This document shows positions 59,460 through 64,000 of a stretch of 64,000 nt of DNA, piece by piece. The translations under genes and the position numbers were made by a program. The stretch lies in the NCBI GenBank assembly GCA_963695545.1, contig OY968796.1, forward strand, positions 576,001 through 640,000, read 5' to 3'. The notes beneath the pieces are model-generated. The model did no database searches and was not told the DNA's origin. It saw only the letters and a program-made list of their open reading frames with translations. Each line of letters opens with the position of its first letter. Positions within the stretch are counted from its first letter, which is position 1. The DNA is from Terriglobia bacterium (GTDB lineage Bacteria > Acidobacteriota > Terriglobia > Acidiferrales > UBA7541).

Positions 59460-60788
59460 TCACTCCCCGTGCAAAGTTTCCGACGGCCGCACGCTGGCTA
59501 CACGCCGCAGCGGCAGGATACTTCCGAGAACAACCACGCTCGCCGCGAGAAATAGCACCACCGGCAGCAGAATCAGGCGATCCACCGGCGCCACGCCGAA
59601 CACGGCCTGTCCCACGATGCGCGCGAGCACGATGCCCAGCGCGTAACCCACTCCGCCGCCGACGAACGCAAGCAGCAATTGTTCGCCGAGAAAAAGAGCG
59701 CCGACCGTGCGCCGGTTCGCGCCCAGCGCCTTCATCAATCCAATCTCCGCCTGGCGCTCGAGCACCGTGGTCGCCGACGCCGCAGCCACCGCGAGTCCCG
59801 CCGCCAGCAGCGCCGCGAGCGTCACGAGCCACATCAGCGCGCTCACGTGATTCAGCAATTGCCCTTCGCCTTCCGCCACCTGCCGAATCGCGTGCACCTC
59901 AACGCCCGGCAATTCCTGCTGCATCTGCTGCGAGATTGACGAAATGTACGGCGAGCAATACCAGCGGTCATATTCCGCCGCCGACATGGTGTGCGGATCG
60001 CGCCGCGAGAACGCGTCTTCGGGTTTCGTCAGCGCGCTCACCAACAATCGCCGGTATTGCCCCGGCCGCGCGGCCAGCGTCTGCGCGATTTCCAGCGGCG
60101 CGAGCACGGCGTTGTCTTCGCGTCCGCCGGTCGAAACGATTCCGGTCACCGCAAGCGTCGCCGCGTGTCCGCCCGCTTCGATCGCGAGCTGATCGTCCAC
60201 TCGAATCCCCGCGCTGCGCGCCAAATTCTGCCCCACCACGCATTCCGCAGCGCCGTCCGCGAACCAGCGCCCCTCGACGCGCCACCACGGATCGGTGTCG
60301 GCCACGCCCGTCGCGAAAATAGTTCCATCGGGAACGCGCACCGCGTGCCGCACCCACGTGCCAATCAACACGGCGTGCACAGGCGGCGCGGGCGTCACCG
60401 AAGAATTCGCATCGGGAGCCGCGGCGGCGGCACCGCTCCCCGCGTCACTCCATTCCACCGGCACATCGAGAAACGGCGCAAATCCAATAATATTGTTGCG
60501 CCAGAAAATTGTCTTGAGGTTGCCGAGCTGATCCACCGGCAGATACGCGCCTTCATCCACCGGCCGGTAATCCACGCCGCCGATCTCCAGCGGCAGCGTA
60601 TCGGCGATCGGGGTGACCAGCAAATTCGCGCCCAGCGAGCGAAATTCTTTCTCCAGCCGGTCGCCCACGTCCAGCGCCACCGTTAGCGTGGCCGTGGTCA
60701 CGGCAATTCCCAGCGCCAGCGCCGTGGCCATCAAGGCCTTGCGTCGCGGTTTCCGTGAAAATGAATCGCTGATGATGCGAAAAAACAT
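59460..60788 (-). CDS. MacB/FtsX-type ABC permease
   Basis: LGANLLV, YDRWYCSPYISSI, ERQAEIGLMKALGA. Confidence 0.9.
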   Translation of the reverse strand: MFFRIISDSFSRKPRRKALMATALALGIAVTTATLTVALDVGDRLEKEFRSLGANLLVTPIADTLPLEIGGVDYRPVDEGAYLPVDQLGNLKTIFWRNNIIGFAPFLDVPVEWSDAGSGAAAAAPDANSSVTPAPPVHAVLIGTWVRHAVRVPDGTIFATGVADTDPWWRVEGRWFADGAAECVVGQNLARSAGIRVDDQLAIEAGGHAATLAVTGIVSTGGREDNAVLAPLEIAQTLAARPGQYRRLLVSALTKPEDAFSRRDPHTMSAAEYDRWYCSPYISSISQQMQQELPGVEVHAIRQVAEGEGQLLNHVSALMWLVTLAALLAAGLAVAAASATTVLERQAEIGLMKALGANRRTVGALFLGEQLLLAFVGGGVGYALGIVLARIVGQAVFGVAPVDRLILLPVVLFLAASVVVLGSILPLRRVASVRPSETLHGE

Positions 60789-60798
60789 GGCGGCGGAA

Positions 60799-62076
60799 TT
60801 AGCGCGGAACCTCACCTTCGGCGCTCGCCAGCGCCGGAACGTCCACCACAATATCCGCGCCCTCGACGCGTGACGGCACACCCACAGGGTTGCAGCCCCC
60901 GACTTGCCCAATCGTCGGAATGTAAATCGCGGAACCGCAATTGCGGCACAGCACGTTCGCGCCGTCCTGCCGGTAACCGGTGCGCCCGCAAATGCGGCAG
61001 GCATCGAGCGCCACGCCCCAGCCGGTTGGTTGGCGCACGATCAGAAAACGAATCTCCGAGCCCGCGGCCTCCAGGCGAAAAATGTGCAGGTTGCCGTCGC
61101 TCACTTCTGCCGTGGGAACGCGCACTTGCCCATCGGTCACGGTCAGCAACTCCGCCGGCGGCGCGGCCTCGGCCACGCGCGCGTAAACGAAGTCTGCCGC
61201 GAGCAGCAGGATCACCGCGACAAACGTGAACGCCGACGCGAACATCCAACGCCGTTGCGAGCGCCGCTCATACGCGATGCGCCGCCGCGCGGCGTCGCCC
61301 GTTGCGGCCGAGGACGCAGCATCGCTCGCGCCAGCCGCCGCAGGCTGCTTCCCCCATTCGCGCAGCACCAGCAGCGCCGCCACGCCCAAAATCACAGCGT
61401 AAAAAAAAACATCGTTGCTCACGATCGGACCGATCCAGGCCATTTCAACCCGGCTCGATGGGATCCACTGCGATTCGCTCAACTCGTGCAATCCGCTCAC
61501 CGCAAGCTGAATCGCGACAACAGTCAAAATGATGCTCGTAGCCGAAAAGAATTTCCCGAGCGGAACCTTCAGCGTACCTTGAAAGAAAAACGCTCCCACG
61601 GCCACGGCCAGCGCGAGACCCAGCGCGGTGCCGATCCACACTTCGAGCCCTTCGGTTGAAAGCTCCACGGCGCGCAAAATCAGAACCAGCTCCGCCCCTT
61701 CGCGCACCACCATCAAATAAACGAACACGCCCAGTCCGAGCCCCGCAGCCACGCCGCCGCGGCTCGCAAACCCGGCGACGCGCTTCTCGATGTGCCCGCG
61801 TAATTCCCGCGCCGCGTGGTTCATCCACGCGATCATGGTGACCACAAACACGGCGGCGCCAAGCAGCATCAGGCCCTCGAAACCATCTTCGCTGATCTGC
61901 CAGTGGTCGAGCGCGACGGCCACCGCCGCGCTCGAAAGCACAGCCAGTATCACGCCCGCCCACACGTATCGCGCCAGTTGCCGTTGCCCAATGCGGTTGA
62001 GATAAACGAGTACGATGCCCACAATCAGGGCAGCTTCGAGACCTTCGCGCAGTGCGATCAGCAGTGAGGAGAGCAC
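60799..62076 (-). CDS. FTR1-family iron permease fused to a DUF2318-like Cys-rich domain
   Basis: REGLE and REGAE motifs; C-terminal DACRIC...CRNC...GGCNP. Confidence 0.9.
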   Translation of the reverse strand: MLSSLLIALREGLEAALIVGIVLVYLNRIGQRQLARYVWAGVILAVLSSAAVAVALDHWQISEDGFEGLMLLGAAVFVVTMIAWMNHAARELRGHIEKRVAGFASRGGVAAGLGLGVFVYLMVVREGAELVLILRAVELSTEGLEVWIGTALGLALAVAVGAFFFQGTLKVPLGKFFSATSIILTVVAIQLAVSGLHELSESQWIPSSRVEMAWIGPIVSNDVFFYAVILGVAALLVLREWGKQPAAAGASDAASSAATGDAARRRIAYERRSQRRWMFASAFTFVAVILLLAADFVYARVAEAAPPAELLTVTDGQVRVPTAEVSDGNLHIFRLEAAGSEIRFLIVRQPTGWGVALDACRICGRTGYRQDGANVLCRNCGSAIYIPTIGQVGGCNPVGVPSRVEGADIVVDVPALASAEGEVPR

Positions 62077-62094
62077 GTTGAGGCTTGTCGGTCC

Positions 62095-62153
62095 AGTTGC
62101 AACTCATTAGCAACTAGAATCGACAGTTTACACGGATGTTGCGCCTCGGTCAA
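62095..62153 (-). promoter_or_regulatory. Sigma70-type promoter with a downstream Fur-like operator
   Basis: Minus strand TTGACC (62153-62148)-N17-TAAACT (62130-62125); palindrome AGTTGC-AACTCATTA-GCAACT at 62095-62115. Confidence 0.7.
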
Positions 62154-62324
62154 GGTCACCGCGCTCCACGGGAGATCCCCCTGCTAAAGCCTGCAACCGA
62201 TGTTGCGCGCCTTACCCCGGAATCATTCGTTCACAGCGTGCTTGAATCAATGCATGATCCGGTTTAGCGTAAGCCTAACGTCGGATCCGCGATGCCTCTG
62301 CGCCAACAAAACTGTCGAGCAATC

Positions 62325-63590
62325 ATGCGCAACGCAAGATCTGTCGGCGCTGTCCTGGCCTTGCTTCTGGTTTCCGCCGCGCTGTCCCCCGCGCGAGCGG
62401 CCGGAAACCCCATGCTCCACGCCGTCGACGGCGCCGTCGTAGACGGCGAAGGAACGTCCGTCCAATTGCGCTGCGTGAACCTGAGTCCGTGGATCGATCC
62501 GGAGCCATATCTTGTGGGGCAGGCGTTACGCGCGACCACGCTCTCGCCGTCAGAATTGAAACAGAATCTCGCGGAACTTGTCGGTGCCGCCAAGGCCCAG
62601 GCCTTCTGGCGGCAATGGGAAGACAATTTTGTCACCGAAGCGGATTTCGCTCGGCTCAAACAGCAGGGATTCGATTGCGTGCGCCTGCCGATCAACTACA
62701 AGAATATTGCCGCGACATCCTCAAACGGCGCGATCGCGCTTGATGACGCCGGCCTCGCGCCCGTTGACCACGCCGTCGCGTGGGGCGCCGAGTACGGCAT
62801 TTACGTCATGCTTGACCTGCACGTCGCGCCCGGCGGACAGAACTCTGCCTCGACCGCCGCGGATGTGCCGTCGAACGACGCAGTTGCGCGTCTGTGGCAA
62901 GGTTCCAGCGCGCGCGAGAATCAGACCATCACCGTAGCGTTGTGGCGCGCACTCGCAACGCGTTATGCGAAGGCCAGCTCCATCGGTGGATACGACTTGC
63001 TCAACGAGCCCGCGCTGCCCTCCGGCACCTCTGCGGACGAGCTTCCTCGCCTGTACAACGCCATCACCTCCGCGATCCGCTCCGTTGACCCCAATCACAT
63101 GATCATTCTTGAAGGCAATCATTACGCTCACGAATTCTCTTTCTTTCCGCTGATCACCGATGCGAACGTCATGTACGAATTCCATGAATATTCGATTTTC
63201 AATTCCGCTTGGCGCTCGCCGGATCGGAACGCGCTCGAGCCCTTTCTGCAATTGCGCGCGCAGAGCCACAAACCTCTCTGGCTCGGCGAATTCGGCGAAG
63301 AGACCTTCGACTGGCAGACGCAGATCGTGCAACTGATGAAGGCCAACCGGATCGGTTGGGCGGTCTGGCCTTGGAAACGCATCGATCTCGGGAATAATCA
63401 TCCTGTGATCGAAACCATCGCCGTGCCGGACGCATGGGAAAAACTTTTTAAGTATCTCGTCGGCGCGTGGTTCAGCGCCAAACCCGCTCCGTCCGCCGCC
63501 GAACAAGCCATGGCGCAGATGCTCGAAGCCATCCGCACGCCTAATTGCCGTGAGAACGCAGCCTTGGCACGGTCACTCGCCGCGCAGTAA
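62325..63590 (+). CDS. Secreted glycoside hydrolase family 5
   Basis: Signal peptide ARA|A; VRLP, LDLH, LLNEP (acid/base), FHEY, LGEFG (nucleophile). Confidence 0.9.
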   Translation: MRNARSVGAVLALLLVSAALSPARAAGNPMLHAVDGAVVDGEGTSVQLRCVNLSPWIDPEPYLVGQALRATTLSPSELKQNLAELVGAAKAQAFWRQWEDNFVTEADFARLKQQGFDCVRLPINYKNIAATSSNGAIALDDAGLAPVDHAVAWGAEYGIYVMLDLHVAPGGQNSASTAADVPSNDAVARLWQGSSARENQTITVALWRALATRYAKASSIGGYDLLNEPALPSGTSADELPRLYNAITSAIRSVDPNHMIILEGNHYAHEFSFFPLITDANVMYEFHEYSIFNSAWRSPDRNALEPFLQLRAQSHKPLWLGEFGEETFDWQTQIVQLMKANRIGWAVWPWKRIDLGNNHPVIETIAVPDAWEKLFKYLVGAWFSAKPAPSAAEQAMAQMLEAIRTPNCRENAALARSLAAQ

Positions 63591-63710
63591 CGCCACGCAC
63601 CCGGCAATCGCCTTTTGTCTCGCGATTGACTCGCGATGGCCCGTCCCTTATCTCCCGTTTCGAACAAGGACCGGCAAAATGTCTTTCCGATCTGCATCTT
63701 CCGTCACCCT

Positions 63711-63792
63711 GCATTCGAATGAATTTCCACAGCCTTTCGAATAGAATTGTTGATAAGTAATATTGACACAAGCGGCATATTTGCGATACACT
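63711..63792 (+). repeat. Dispersed element copy 2: conserved motif plus sigma70-type promoter
   Basis: GCATTCGAATGAATTTCCACAGCCTTTCGAATA, then TTGACA (63763)-N18-TACACT. Confidence 0.8.
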
Positions 63793-64000
63793 CATCTCGT
63801 GAACTGCAATCGCGCGTCCTCGCTTCCCGCCGTGACCCGAGCGCGCCCGCTCCGCGGATTCGAGTACGTTGCTCCGCACCCACACCGAAGCACTGAAACT
63901 CATCCTTCCATCGCACCATTCTCGCGTCGCAAACCATTTATTTTCAATTCATTGCAAAAGAGTGCGCATCTTATTGAAACAACTGAGAATCAACTATCCT

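Overview
High-GC bacterial chromosomal window, probably Acidobacteriota (inferred from gene content and intergenic repeat style; not verified). It holds about 52 protein genes and one tRNA. From left to right: (1) a cytoplasmic GAF-PAS-PAS histidine kinase and a sigma54 activator, divergent from a sigma54-type promoter that heads a chemosensory operon (secreted TonB-C-domain protein, mcp, cheW, cheR, cheA, cheB, cheY, cheX); (2) a tandem-PilZ protein and a signal-less sugar-binding-fold protein; (3) an RraA-MFP-RND-TolC-TauE operon behind a candidate RSPP-type arrest leader; (4) a large secreted GH54 arabinofuranosidase with apparently nested repeat domains, next to tRNA-Arg(UCG); (5) housekeeping genes (mqnD, metH, asnS, rocF, ddl, heptose kinase, GH57, ferredoxin, trxB, cyclophilin, mscL) with several REP-like and other intergenic repeats; (6) a KimA-like APC transporter with a phased operator array; (7) an FTR1-DUF2318/ABC iron-uptake operon with a Fur-like box, whose ATPase carries a DtxR-like metal-binding domain; (8) a GH5. 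No CRISPR array, integrase or transposase was recognised. All calls come from reading motifs by eye; no database searches were run.
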